A stretch of DNA of 57,323 bases, the filler included, from Circinaria calcarea (Eukaryota): the NCBI GenBank assembly GCA_051942165.1. It is 6 parts of 6 records of this genome, joined end to end, with 100 filler letters (N's around TTAATTAATTAA, not from the genome) between each part and the next. Parts side by side here need not be neighbours in the genome. Positions count along the whole stretch, not along the records: positions 9,581 to 19,057 come from JAVECS010000928.1; positions 19,158 to 28,631 come from JAVECS010000929.1; 4 more parts are not named here. One strand, 5' to 3'. The position numbers were made by a program, and so were the translations under genes. The notes under the pieces were generated by a model. That model had not been told where the DNA came from. It worked only from the letters and a program-made list of their open reading frames with translations, and ran no database searches. Within the stretch, counting starts at the first letter, position 1; each line of letters begins with the position of its first letter. Of the stretch, positions 12,501-25,869 are shown piece by piece.

Positions 12501-14295
12501 TATCCGAGATTGGAAGATTCGAACAAAGTAAGCCCTAATCGGATATCGCGACCCCGTAAAGCACCTCGGAGATGGGCATCCAATCAGCTTTGCTATGGCC
12601 TTTTTACTTTCGTAACTGCATGATCGTTTACGCATACAGGTCATAGCCAAACGAACATCTTTGCCGTAAAGAGCGTATGTGAGTGTAAGAAGCGCATTGT
12701 CCATTCTGCTAGGGCCTTGAAGTATAAAATATTGCGAAAGGGGGTTCGAGAGTTCGGTCGAGTTCCCGATGGCTGCCGGATGAAGGGTCAAAGCTACCAA
12801 AAGGAGTGTAGGTTAACTTCTTCCCCTTGTATATCCACTATCATCACCATCACCAATTCCCCTCTACATCGGCCATGGCGCAAAATCCAATATGCTTACC
12901 AGCTTTTCCCAGGATTTTTGTTTCAAACAAACAGCCGGGGCCCGGGTCATCCATATCCACTTATCCCATCCCGCCCTCCTCTGCGCCGAGCAGTAGAGAA
13001 CGTGATAGCAACACGGCCCCGACCCGACCCATTCGGACCTTCTTCCAATCCAGGCGCTTGGGAGATCTCCAGAAGGGTAATCTAACGCTGGTTACACCGC
13101 AGCGGGAGTGGAAATAACCAACCACGCATTCGTACCGCACCCTCTAGCATTCACTTACTGTATTCCGTATCCCCTCCCTTAATCCAAGTCTTTCCAAGAA
13201 CCCCAATGTCTCAACCTGGTCCTCGGCCCCCCGCCCCCATCCTCTGTCTCGTCTCCTTTCTCCCGTTTTGCCTCGTTTTCCGTAGCTACGCTTACACAAA
13301 CCCTATCCTTAGTTCCAACCTTCTCATGCGAGCAATGCATCGCCCAGCGCTTAACTGTTAATAAGGTTTTCGGTTTCGGTTACTTCGGTTCGCCTTGATA
13401 ATACTCCAAAACGGCCCTTGCCGGCCGGATCTTACGTTAGGGCGGGCGAGCTGAAAGGCGAGGCTGAGGCTGGGCAGAGGTCAGAAGGGTACCTTTAGGA
13501 TAGATTGTTTATCTATAGAGCGGCTCTGGCGAGGCTGAGGGAGAGGGAAGGGAGACGGGAGAGGAGGGCGCTTGTGGTTGGATATTGGGGGTGGGATGGA
13601 TGATGGAGAATGGAGGAAACAAGGGGTAGGATGGAGCAGGTGAGAAGGGGATACAGCTCAATTGAAAGTTTAAATGGAGTATTGTACAGAGTCACTGTCA
13701 CAGCAGAGGAGCATCAAGCTGGAACGATATCAAGGTAGCTAGAAAGCAAATTGGGTATAATGCGCGCTGCACAGCCATCGAGTATTAAATAACAACCTTT
13801 TCAACCCCCTCCCAGACACGGACTTTTTAACCCTTTTTCCGTTTGCGCCAATGTACCGAATCGAAAGCGAAGGTAAGTAGCGGCTCGCGCCTCCAAAGTA
13901 TAGTGCGGTATCGCGAATCGAAGCTGTGAAACCATGCTCCCCAGAAACCAACGATATGCCCGAATAGCCCATGGTGATACACTCCTCGGTTCGCACAAAG
14001 AGTACGTGCAATCCACCCTGGAAAAATGACGAGGCAGGCAAGAACACGCAAACACATCGCAAAGGTGGTATCTCGGAAGCAAAAATCAAAGAGCAGTGGC
14101 AAGGCGCAAAACAGAATCCACCAGCCAGTAATAATGCAGGGACGCGTTTGCCACCTATAGCGAGCAACCACCCAATCTCAAATATCGCCACCCGATACGA
14201 TTCGCATGAGTCAAACATCCGAGCCTCCTGATTCACATCTACGGGAATCGGTGTCTTCAATCCCGTCTCAAGCAGCAACCGAAAGGTTGCCCGAT

Positions 14296-15492
14296 TCATC
14301 TTAGAACATCCTCGGCATCAGCCTCAAAGTCCATAATCCAGTTCCTCAACTTCTGCATGAGTCTTTCAGTGCGTTCCAATCGGCGATCTCTCCCAAACAG
14401 TCCCTTGACCAGCTCACTTCCGGCATTCTTCGACATCTCCATTGCGCCCGTCTCCTCGTTCTCCTTTGCACCTATCCACATGTATTCTTCGCAATCCTTG
14501 AGTAGTTTAGTCAGTGAAGCCCAGTGCTTTTGTCCCCGGTTAATAAAATCTTGAACCATGATTCGCTTACTTTTGGATCGAATCCGAGGTAAGCCGGCTT
14601 CGGCTCGCTTCATCTTGCCGGCGTGTCTGATGAGCAGTAACCAAAGGTCACCCGCAACTTCCGACATGGGCGTTCCGGCTTTGAAATGAGAAACAGTCCA
14701 GTCGTATATGTATTTGCCGAGAGAGTTGGCGTCAAAGACGCTTCCGAGCAAGAGTATTGGTTTTTCCGTAGGATCCCAGTTCTTCGTCTGATAGCCCGCT
14801 TTGATCCCATGCCTAATTCTATCCTCCTCCGTCACCTCGGGCTTCGATTTCGGCGTTCTGGACTCCTTGGCTTCGGATGAACGTGGCCTAGTGGATTGGG
14901 ATGCACGGCGCGGACGTGAACTGGCAGCTCGTGACTCATGGACTTGCTCATCAACTGGCACCTGATTGTAGAAGAAATATGGATTAGCTTTGGCACTCCT
15001 CTTCTGGTAGTATTGGCTGCCGGTTGCACGCGGCCGGATTATGTAAACGGGCGGATAATCTGCCGGATAGTCTGCTTCGTCAGAGTCATCTATGAAGATG
15101 CGCTGTGTCTGCGATCGCACGGATGCGCGGCGTTTTGGGGGGCCATTGCCACCGTTGCCAGACATGGAGAAGCGGCGAACCTTGCTTCTGTGTTCGGACG
15201 TACTCACATACTCAGGCCTGGACGGTGGCGTGGGCGACGCGTAAACCGGCTGGGTGGCGTAATAAGCTTGGGGCGGATAGCCTGGAATGGAATTCCACGG
15301 TGCCACCCGCGGTATCGTGTAGCTCGTCGTCCGTACGTGTCTCGTCGAAGGTCGCGACGGTGAGACGACTGGAATGGGGTATTGAGTAGGATAGAAAGCG
15401 CGGCGGTCCTCGGGTGAGGGTGAGGTTGATGCTGATGTTGAGTAGTAGTAATTCGGATATTGTGGTGAAGTCGGATAATAGTAGTGCGCCAT
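14296..15492 (-). CDS. Conserved Pezizomycotina hypothetical protein (family often auto-annotated 'vegetative cell wall protein gp1'), single exon
   Basis: 398-aa ORF with an S/P/Y/R-rich N-terminus and the conserved C-terminal block AGYQTKNWDPTEKPILLLGSVFDANSLGKYIYDWT...AGDLWLLLI...LFGRDRRLERTERLM. Confidence 0.85.
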   Translation of the reverse strand: MAHYYYPTSPQYPNYYYSTSASTSPSPEDRRAFYPTQYPIPVVSPSRPSTRHVRTTSYTIPRVAPWNSIPGYPPQAYYATQPVYASPTPPSRPEYVSTSEHRSKVRRFSMSGNGGNGPPKRRASVRSQTQRIFIDDSDEADYPADYPPVYIIRPRATGSQYYQKRSAKANPYFFYNQVPVDEQVHESRAASSRPRRASQSTRPRSSEAKESRTPKSKPEVTEEDRIRHGIKAGYQTKNWDPTEKPILLLGSVFDANSLGKYIYDWTVSHFKAGTPMSEVAGDLWLLLIRHAGKMKRAEAGLPRIRSKSKRIMVQDFINRGQKHWASLTKLLKDCEEYMWIGAKENEETGAMEMSKNAGSELVKGLFGRDRRLERTERLMQKLRNWIMDFEADAEDVLR

Positions 15493-18400
15493 CTCTGGTG
15501 AGGGCTATTCACATCGAAGGGAGGTCTGGTCTCAGACTGCACCCAGCGGTTGTGAGGGTCCAAAAGGTATACTCGACGGATGTCGATAATGATCCGGCGT
15601 TCTTCGCCGTGGGTCTGCTGTGTCGCGAGAGCACAAGTGAGGAGGAAAGTTTCTGTTCTTGACTGCACACATATCCCGATCGGATACGTATTTATACGTG
15701 TATTTTAACTTTGCTAACGGATCCGAGGAAGATCCTAAGAGAAACTGTTCGAAGGCGAAGTTGCTGAATGAGGCCAATGCGCCGAGCAGTTGGAGAAATG
15801 CTGTGGTAAAATTCCTGGAGAGCTTTGGGAAATAGGGAAGCATAAGAAGAGTAATAAGGTAGGGGGCTGGTATATTAATGTCCCAGTAGCCCATTTGTCG
15901 TGTGGACTGTTCCGCTTAGTGCTGCCATGGGGCGACGAGGCTAAAGATGCAAGGGCCGGGGGGGGGTGTGGCAGGGATTAGTTGATTCCAGGCGCAGTCC
16001 CTCCAACTTTGCCCCGTTGATTACCTTACTTACCCTCTGCACTGTCGTATTTAAAACTTACTCCACTACGGAGGAGACGATGAAAAGGTTCCATACACCC
16101 AAATCAAATGGTACCCTTTGATCGCTAATAATGATAAATACCCCCATTGCTTCTTTTCTTCGGTTCTTCCATCTTCTACTAAGCTGACTAATTATCTTGA
16201 CCAATTCAGACTCGCATTCTTCACTTGCCTTCTCCTGCATTCCAGATTTACGGTGAAGGGCTGAACTATGCGAGGAGAATTTCCTTTGGTCGGAACCGAA
16301 GCAATCTCCCATCCAATTTGCCACCGGGACGGTAAATTACGCCTAGCCGTTAGCAAGATCTCACCCCGTTCTTTCGGGCTCGTACCCAAAGAAAACTCCT
16401 TGGGCAACAAGTGCGACGGCCCTACGAAAAAGGCTGTTTAGGCTTACCGGGCATGCCGCGCAGCATGGAACCTCCGTGCGGCATGAACGTGGCTTTGGGG
16501 TAGTTGCAGAGGGAGCTGTGTGAGATATAAAGATACACTGGATATCCTGAGATCTGTTCTGGAGGACGACCGTAGATTCCATCGGCGATTTCACCGCTGC
16601 CCCGTGTGGATGCGCAGAAACAGCCTGTACCATCGACAGAGTACCTACGGATTACTTGCATTCATACTTTCGCACTCTGCTCGAATTATCTGTCGGTTTT
16701 CCGCTTTTGCGCTTCCAAGTGTTACGTGAGCATCACCAGCAGGGTGAGATGGGGAAGCGAGGTTGGTGAGCACGAGAGAAATCTGGCTGAGAGGGTGCCC
16801 GCATGTGCTTGACCTCATCAATGCCTTGGATGCAGTGCCACGGCCATATACTGGTCACCGAGATGCCCTAAATTTAGCCGTTGGAAGAATGTCGACTCAT
16901 CGAGCGAAACCGCTGGGATGGCGATCGCATAGATCTCAGGCTTACCGCATCGCAATCTGTTCATACCTCCTGCAGAAACTGTACATATCCTTCGATGGGC
17001 AGTCACTGTCAATCGCGTAGACGCCGTTGGAACCTTTCCCTTCCCGGTGAACACCTGTTGGATGAGATTTGGGGTGTGACAGCAGCAGTATGCCATGCCG
17101 CCTCCTTACCTTAACAGCCGCAACGATCTTGGCACGACGATGATATTGCTGTGCCGCAGAGCCAAAAGCGATCGTGCTTCCTGCAATCCTTCATGTAGGC
17201 ACCCGCGGCTTGGTCCTGGCTAATCCAGGATTAGCAGTCACCCGTCTTCGCATGACTTGGGGCTGCTTGTTCGATCATCGTACTTGTAGCTTTGTTCGGT
17301 CTGCTTCCGGATCCCGAACGACGACCTTTGGCAATGTGCCTTCCTTCCGTTCGGCATGTCTCAGTGCTCCGTATGTAAAGATGAGTTCGATACCGTCGCA
17401 CGGAAGGTTGGGATTCCTTATCACAATCCGAGGGCCGCCTTTGCGACCGTATTGGCTGAGCATCGACCCCGCCCTGTTTTCACCGCTCCCAGTCCTTTTT
17501 AGAGCCATTCCTCGTCGTGAATCTCTGGGCTTCCTAAGCGGGATCCTGAGTATTATGCGGCCGGTTGGGTACGAGCAAGCCCAAATGCGGGCTCAATCAC
17601 ATCACAACGCCAACTCATGGCACGTTGCACGAATGCAAGTCCCACACGCGCCCCGTTGCATAGCGTCAGCCTTTGGAGTCCACCCGTGAGACAAAGCGAA
17701 ACGCCGGGAATAACTGGCTGGGAAGTAGGACCACAAGATGCCGGGCGCGTTTTCCTGAGGGATCGCTGGGTTCCAGGCCGGCAAGTTGCTTTGCAAGTCC
17801 GTGACATGGCGGTCGTGAGCTGCATCACCGGTTGTTGCCGTTGGCGGATTGGGAGAGGAGCTTGGGGACTCTGGGGAGGGGGTTCGCCAATGATAGGTGC
17901 CCGACTGCCAATTGACAAGTACCAAGCTCGCTAATGCTTCGGGCGTGCCCAACTGCAGGCTATGGAGGAGTACAGGGTGCTATCATTTGGTGTCATTGGG
18001 TCTCAATGCTAGAATCTACACTCCATCCTGTCTGGTATGGATCAATAACAATGCGCTTTACATGATCATCTGAGGGCGATCGTGAAGCAGGGCTACCCAG
18101 TTATTGATTGCATTTCACACCCGGACCGAACATCTCCAGCAGTAAGCATCAAGGCTAACCATCTTCTCTGTATGCAACAAACTGCTTAAGCATTTTGGTG
18201 CAACGTTCGCTTCTGAGAGACGATGCGGGGTTGGTGTCTACGGGGGCAGCTTCAATCAAAGCGTGCTTTATGACAGTCTCCTTCGTCAGCGAGCGGACTG
18301 AGCGGCTGTACTGTTCGGGAAGAACACAACGTTCGAAAGTGCATTTGCAAGAGTCGATATCGCCCCTCCCTGTAAGGAGAGTATATGCACAACATAGCTC

Positions 18401-19057
18401 TACCGTAATAGGCCAAATACCATGGTTAGTGGTAAATGCATCCCATTCCCTTGGTTGTGGTTCGAATAGTTTACCCTCAGATATGTCAATGCTGCTGGGA
18501 AAGGAGAAGAGCTTTGTCAATCGAAGGCACACATTACCGCGGTCGGTTCCGACGTGTGCTAGGCTTTGGAAGCCAATTATGAGACTGTCCACTCTGAGAG
18601 ATGGGCAGACGGAAACAGCACCGGGTTCCCATTACTTGGGTCCCTCCTTATGCTATTAGCACCAATCATATACCTCCTCTTCGCATTAGCAAGTGGTGTT
18701 TCACTTCCTCAACGTCTGGTCCTATGCGGGAGTCTGACGAACATGCATCTAGTATAGCATATCCTTCACGTAGGAGGTGTTGGCGGCACTATGAAGTATA
18801 GGTAAATGTCGAAGGCTGGGACATATCCGCGTTTTAAGTATCTTTCTCCGTCTAGTCCCCACCATCTGTGGCACTAATATGTCCGTCGTCATCCAAACTT
18901 CGTCGAGAGGATTTACGGGTGTTTCGGGTGGGAAATCGACATAAGAGAACAGCTTAGAACCGAGAGAAATAAAGACAGATCCTATGGGTGAGATGCACTG
19001 TCAACACTGAAGACTGGAGATCATGATAGCTTGGCGGCTGCTGCCAACAGTTGGGGA

Positions 19058-19157
19058 NNNNNNNNNNNNNNNNNNNNNNNNNNNNNNNNNNNNNNNNNNN
19101 NTTAATTAATTAANNNNNNNNNNNNNNNNNNNNNNNNNNNNNNNNNNNNNNNNNNNN
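19058..19157. other. Artificial contig linker N44-TTAATTAATTAA-N44
   Basis: Same linker structure. Confidence 0.98.
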
Positions 19158-20066
19158 ATCCATCTCTTCTGCTGCTCCGAGTACACCTCCGTCCATACGT
19201 GATCTTCGGCATTCCATACCCACCTAACTCGTCCTCCGACAGCGCGACAAAGCATGCTGAAGCAGTTGGCCCATTCCCCACACCGGCCCCGACGTGACTG
19301 TAGTATAGCCCAGACATCGCTGTAACGTGGGAAGCGCTCGTATGCTTGACAGTCTCCGGCCGAGCATCGGTATAACTCGACTCTGGCAGCTCCCCTTGCC
19401 TTTTCATCTTGAGTTGGAGGCGTCATGCCGATAGCGATTGTAGGTGAGCCACAGACGGGACATATCGGATTGTTGACCCATGTCATAAATGTTCGCTTGA
19501 ACCATCTGAGATAGCATTAGGGACCACACCTTCCTTTCATTATGCATGCGGATAATATCAACATACCTGAGCAGGGCCCGTATTACACAATCCTGATAAC
19601 CCCATTCGGGCCTCTCATTATCCCCTATGCTCGCCGCTTGAGCCTGCAGTATCTGGCTCTCTTCCTCCGCTTCTCCGTATATCCTTTCCAACGGAATGAC
19701 GGACAGCGCATCATCCAGTAAACCTGGGTTTTCGTACTTCAGAGGCGTCATGGAGACTGCGATGAGGAGATTGCGGAACTTGAGGGAGGCCGGATCTTGG
19801 GGGGGTGTTGCGATCTTAGGAAGATTTCGTAATGATGAATACGAAGGAGGAACGGCGGAGCTGGTGGAGGCTGGTCGACTGCCATGGCGTGACGATGGTT
19901 GATGATAGGGTGACGATGAGCTGGATTGGGACCGTGGCCGGCTGGCAAGATCATTCAGACGTCGTGTGCTCAGTAGCTGTTCGAATTGGTTGGTAAGTTC
20001 AGTGGCATCGAAGCCAGCCTGCCGGTGTCTTGGAGGCCCTCGCGGGGTATTGCTGCGATCCGACAT
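19158..20066 (-). CDS. PNG1: Peptide:N-glycanase PNG1, 3' end truncated at the contig edge
   Basis: [39 protein letters not shown] (intron 19506-19566); [28 protein letters not shown] (catalytic Cys); [13 protein letters not shown] (catalytic His). Confidence 0.95.
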
Positions 20067-21559
20067 GGCCGTCTGATTTTCTTGGTCGTATACGTAATAA
20101 ATCGTCTTTGTATCCTCTAAAGGTGTATCTCGTCCAGCGAACAATCAAAGTACTTTTGGTAATGGTACGGACTATTGCGACAGACAAGAGTCGAAGGTGT
20201 GAAGTGGAATGGGGATGTGAGCAGTCGCAAGAGGCACTGCCGAAGCCACTGCGCCACGCACGCCGACAAGAATAGCGCTTCGGTCTTCTGGCTCGTCACA
20301 CACGGATGGCAGTCGGAGCAGTTCCCTTTGATCCTCTTCCGAGTCGGTCTTCACATTTCCTGCACGATGAGTCGAAAGTAGTCGAGGGCGGTTGAAAGAT
20401 CAATTGTGCGGGCATGGGCTGAGAGAGAGAGTGGGAAATGGGTGATTTGGCTGGACTGGCGCATTTGGGACTTGGGACTTGGGGAAGCGTCGTCAGCAGC
20501 GGAAGGCTATTGGCGATTCACGATTCACCCCCCGGCTCCCTTGATTAGGCACGGACGAAGACGCTAAGGCCAGAATCGGATCATCAGAAAGAATTTGATT
20601 ACGTGAGTGGCCAATTGCTGCTAATTTGGATGTTGAGAATTATCAATCTGTCGGCCTCGATTAGGGCATGAATTCCATGTGATGGGGATTTTTGGCTTCA
20701 AAGTGTCTGCGATGCGATTAGATTTATCCTCGAGTTAGTTGCGCCTTTGGCAAAGCTAGAGATCAGTTCCCCACTCTGAAAGACACTGCTCGTGCTCCAG
20801 GAAATCTGATCCCGACGACGTCTCCTTTTGCGTGTGGATAGAATACGGTGTAGAAACAAAGGGTATCGGAGTGAGTGGCAACGCGCTATGTTCTGGTAGG
20901 ATGATTACTGCTCGCTCCAACATATATTCTCACGCCGGTCATCCCCTACGATGGCAAACCGTCTACAAGTCCATCCAGGCCCTGATGCCTCATCAGCAGG
21001 CCCACGCAATCTTGCGGTCCTCCGACACGCGAAACACTCCATGATCCATCCTCCTCCATCATCTCCAACACGGTAGATCTCATCTGATCACTGATCACGC
21101 ACGACGCGCAACTTGCATGGACGCGAGGCCGCATCGGGCATGGGCCGGGTTACGCGGCTTGCGCCTGGCCAGATCTTGCACTTCCCCTTGCTGTTGGAAG
21201 ACTGACAGGGGATACAAGATCTGGGCAACCCCAACGTCAAACAAAGCTCGGGCATTCGGAGAGGTGAGGGCATGGGAAAAGTAGAGACTGATCTATCAGT
21301 ACTGTCATAATTTCCAAAAAGTGGTATTTAAAATGATATCGATGCCCCTTGGACTATCTAAACCATGCCCCTGAATCCACCGCCCAGTGGGAAACGAGAG
21401 ACGCCGGCCATGCCGCCTATGTGTCCAGTCGGATAAGAAAACCACTGCAAACCTGAGAACCATCACCAGCCGCTGAAGTTGCAGAGGTCTGATCCAATAT
21501 TCCACCGAAATTGTTTAAGCTTGACTATGTTCACGGTTCATTGCTAACCCGGTAAATGA

Positions 21560-24500
21560 CTACTTATTCCATTCCTGATCACCATAGAGTCTCGCGGGTA
21601 AATCAACCTCCCAGAGCGGTCTCTCCACCAGGGCCACTTCAATGCCTCGCGGCGGTTCGTCGTCGTAGCCTTCGCCGCCGACCGGGACATCGATCTCGCT
21701 ATCGTACTCGCCCCCCAAGGGAACGATTCCCAAAATCGGTCGGTACTTGAACGTATGCCAATGAGCCAGGCCATCTGGAGGTTTCATGGCCTCGCTTGGT
21801 TCATGGCTCGTTGGGATAATCTCACCGTTGATGTCAACTGAGTCGGCGGAATGACCGTTGCTTTGAGCTCCGTCGCCGAGTCCTCGCCGTAGGCTCACAA
21901 GTGCTGACTCGACCCCTGGCCCCTCTGTTTCTTCTTCATCGCCGTCACTATCGTCCGGCGCCAGACTAAGCTTTGACTCCATATCGATCCACCGAGCCTC
22001 CTGGTCTTCAGGTCCTTGAAATTTCCGAAACTTCTCGCTCAATCCTAGATCCAATTCGTAGTTGGGTACTTTGCTCCCTGCTCCAGTGTCGCGCTTTTTA
22101 AGGTCTCGCCTCTGGCCTTGATCCAGGTTACGTTTACGTTTTCTGCTGGCTGCCCCATCCCTATCGACACCAGCGGTCGGTAATAGAGCAGCAGAAGCGT
22201 CTTCTGCTTCAGCTACTGGGAAGTCCTTTGATAGGTCGAACATGAACAGCCACGAACTGCCATAGAGCCAGATTCTCTCTCCGTCTCCGCGGACGTCCCA
22301 AACCGAACCCATAGCTCGGTCCCGTATCTGTTTGAATTCCCAAGGTAGGTTAACCGACGGATTTCTCCGTGACCAGTCAGAAAGCCCCCCTTTCAACACA
22401 TCAAATTCGTAAACCTCATGTTGGGAAGTTAATACAAAAAGGCGACCTTCACGATCTGGAAGATCGTGTGAATCCGGGTGTGAGTTATGCTTCGTAGCGT
22501 GTACAGCCGTGCTACCGTTAATTTGTGCCACTTTAGGGGTCGGTTTGGCTGGACGAAAACATAGTACCAGAGGCGGAGACGAAAGCTTGGGTAAGAAGCC
22601 CGACGTCCGGTTGGATAACCACCGTTGGCCAAAGATAACAACTGGGTGGTCTTCCTCATCAGACTCTTCGTCATCCTCGGCGTCAGATGGTCTTGATGTC
22701 TTCGCCAGCAGATCCGCGTCATCTTCTTGCGTAAGATCCTCGTGGCCTTCTAGAACCCATGTATCGATGAACCCAGCTAGGTCAGCAATGGCCAGTATTC
22801 GGCTATCAGCAGAAAATGCGATACGACTGATACTTCTCTCGTAAGTCCCGTGGCTGCCGTATTGTGCTTTGGTTTTACCGAGTGTTCTTGTTCGTCGAAT
22901 CAGAGGTGTGGACCTTCTGGCTAGTTTCAATACCCCTTTTGTGGTTTCATCTAACAGGATTCTGAAGATACGAATTGAATCATCTGCATAGAAGACCGCT
23001 AACCATTTAGAATCCGGGGAAAATTGAAGCATTCTCGCACCGGAACAAGCTAGTTCTTTGGAAAGCTCCATCTTCTGTACCTTAAGTAAACCGTCGGTCG
23101 ACACCTTCCGTGGTCTTAATCGGAATATTTTGATATTAGATATCGTTGATACGGCCAACATACTTCCATTCGAAGCCAAAGAAGCCGAAGTCAAATTTTC
23201 CTCACCCTATACAAAATATCTGTCAGTCAAGGGATAGCTTAAGTGAGCAAACGTTCGAACCTGAACGACTACTCTGGCAATCAGTCTCCTGGCGGCAGGC
23301 TCAGAATCTTCTCTTAGGTCCTCCTTGTTTCTTCGACTGTCCGGGGGACCAGCCACTCGCCATAGCCTTACCTCACAACCCCACCAGCTCATCAACAGTC
23401 GTATACTTGAGGCACTCTGCAATGGCGGTAAATGTGATATAGCGGGCAATGTCCGAGCATGCTCCCTACCAAATTCTTTAAGGGGGATGACAATCGGACT
23501 GGTGTCGAGACCTGCACTCATGTTTGTCAACAGAAACTACGAGCATCCACTAATCTCGACATGTACTCACCTCCTGATGCTACTACACTCACGTCTTGCG
23601 TTTCGAAAACTGCCATGGTTTTAACGTCATGTGAATGAAATCTTCGATGTGCTACTTCGGCCCATCGACCTGGCTCGCCTTTTCCGGCGCCTCCTACTTG
23701 TCGATATACTGTAGTCCGTCTATCCATCCCGCCGCTGAAGACAGTCATTCCATCCACACTCGCGGTGATATCGAGTATATCTGCTTTGTGGCTTTGAATG
23801 CGCTGTAGTAATGTAAACGTTTTGACATCCCAAAATTTAACCTCTCCGGTTGAGTCCCCTGACACGATGATCCCGTTAGGCAGACACTTCACCGACCACA
23901 CCAAAACCTCTGACGGTCCGTCTCTGGAACCCATATTCAAAGACATGTTGCTAATCTGGTTGCCGGTGAGTATACTGAATACCCTCATGGAGCTATCTGC
24001 ATATCCGGCAACAATCAGACCACGACTTAAGAATGTGACACACAGAACTCGAGATTTCTTGCTTGCAGACCTGGCAACGGTGCGTAGAAAGCGTAGTTCA
24101 CCGTCGGCGGTTGAGTGAAGGACCAAAGTTCCATCTGCGCATCCTACCACAAGGTGCTGGTCACCTTTTCCTCCCTCCTTCACTTGAGATGGAGTGCCAG
24201 CTGTTGCCTTTTTCGGGGCCTGCCATCTTGGCTGAGCAGCAAGACACCAGATCTCTCCGTAATTCCCGCTCGAGTGCCGCAGAGGTTTCCCAAGGGAGAG
24301 GTTCCATTCCGTAATGACGGTCGAGTAGCCGATGCTGAAGAGTCGCAATTTTCCCGGCATTGGCTTACCATCCAAGCCTTCCTCCTCTAGGTCGTGAGTC
24401 CAGACTAGACCCTCGATGCTCCGGTCTTTCCCTCCTCTCAGTATACTCTCCTGGTACCAGTTTCCTCGAAGCGGGTTCCATATTTCAATGTCGCCGTTAG

Positions 24501-24630
24501 CGCGACCAAGTGCAAGCCGTAGGTTAGGCGGGCCTAAGCCTGCTATAGTCGGTGTAGATTCGTGGGAGAAGGCGAGAGCATTGATCGCGGAGGTTGGGTA
24601 AGGCACAAAGCGGCAACGGTGGATGTCCAT
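21560..24630 (-). CDS. UTP4: U3 snoRNA-associated WD40 protein UTP4 (cirhin), 3 exons
   Basis: Diagnostic N-terminus MDIHRCRFVPYPTSAINALAFS..LALGRANGDIEIWNP; RRFHSHDVKTMA; C-terminal KYRPILGIVPL..LVERP. Introns 23512-23570 and 23207-23260. Confidence 0.95.
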
Positions 24631-24906
24631 GTCCTAGATTAGAGACATTAGATGTGATCTGGGAGGGGCCCCCCCAAATCAGATTGCTGTCGTGCTTACT
24701 TCCTACTTCAGCCTCCCGGATCTGCTAATGTGGTTGATGTCGCATCACTTCTCATATTGACCTTTCACAAACTGATATTTAAAAGCGTGAAAGTAGTATT
24801 TGTCTCCGCCGGGGAATTTTACGCGGGCACAATTTTTCGGTAGCTCCGGCAAAACTAGCCTTGTCTTGCTTAGATCGGAACAAGGTACATGTATGCCCCA
24901 TATAGG

Positions 24907-24972
24907 TACCCAGCCATTACCATCTCTGAATACGGACATATATACCCAGCCATTATCATTTCTGATTACAGA
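24907..24972 (+). repeat. Imperfect 36-bp tandem duplication upstream of UTP4
   Basis: tacccagccattaccatctctgaatac (24907) vs tacccagccattatcatttctgattac (24943). Confidence 0.7.
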
Positions 24973-25869
24973 ACGTGTCGACACTACACATCGCAGAGAA
25001 GCTACCTTTACATCACTTGCAGAATAAGATATGTGGGTGACGGCTTTACTCTTCTAGGAGAATCCTACAGTATGGGCCATAAAGATCGTTCTTCCCATGC
25101 TTCGGCCCCCATAACAGCGTAGGAGGCATTGACGATGCGATTGGTTTGGTGTTCGTGTTCAGGTACCTGCATTGCCTGCCATGGTCTGAAAGAAAGAAGC
25201 TTGGTGGCTCTCTCTTGATCTTTTCCTGTGGACCTACTGCGGTACAGCAACAATAATCTCCTCTTAACCGTGAAAACGATTGTGACACATCCTAACCTGG
25301 GATTTTCTATATATTCCTTCCTTGCCCTGGCGTATCATCCAGCTGCTCTGTGTTCTATCCTTCGCTCCAGGCTGATGCTACCTGAGGACCCTTCAAGTAA
25401 CTTTTCAATTCTCCATCTCTACCACGACAAGTATCCTTGCGTTGCAGTGCCTTTCCGAGCAGTAAAGATCTCCATACAAACAAAAATCTTCTGTACCTGA
25501 AGCGTGCCATGGCACCTTCTACTTTGGACGCTGTGAGTTAAGCCCTGCCTCTTTGAAGGAGAAGCCTAGTACCGACGATCATAGCTGTACTTTGGCTTGT
25601 CTGGACTGAGCTGGAAGTTCCTATAATGGTGTTGTCTTCCGTTGCTACAGCGCATCACTAAGTCGGATATGTGCAGCGTACAGGACTTCTTCTAGAAGAT
25701 CGGAGATCAGCCTCGAGTTGCGATAACAGGAATTCGTTTTCCCAGATTGGGATGAAAAACGCAAACGTGCAAGCAGTTCTAATCGTCTCGTTGCTTTCTC
25801 ACGATGCTTGCTACACATATGGCCAATCTTGGTTACTGTTTTACAGGCACCACACAGTAAGTTTTCTTT

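Noticed and set aside
11979..12800. 273-aa ORF as a protein-coding gene
   Set aside because: Non-ATG start, atypical composition and no recognisable motifs; kept only as a low-interest finding.
9581..13700. Telomerase RNA, RNase MRP or snRNA in the gene-poor region
   Set aside because: No TAACCCTAA-type template found; an MRP CR-I-like GAAGTCCCC at ~12302 has no same-strand CR-V partner; no snRNA signature seen.
16000..19057. Many overlapping 60-170 aa ORFs
   Set aside because: None shows domain motifs or a coherent exon structure; consistent with chance ORFs.
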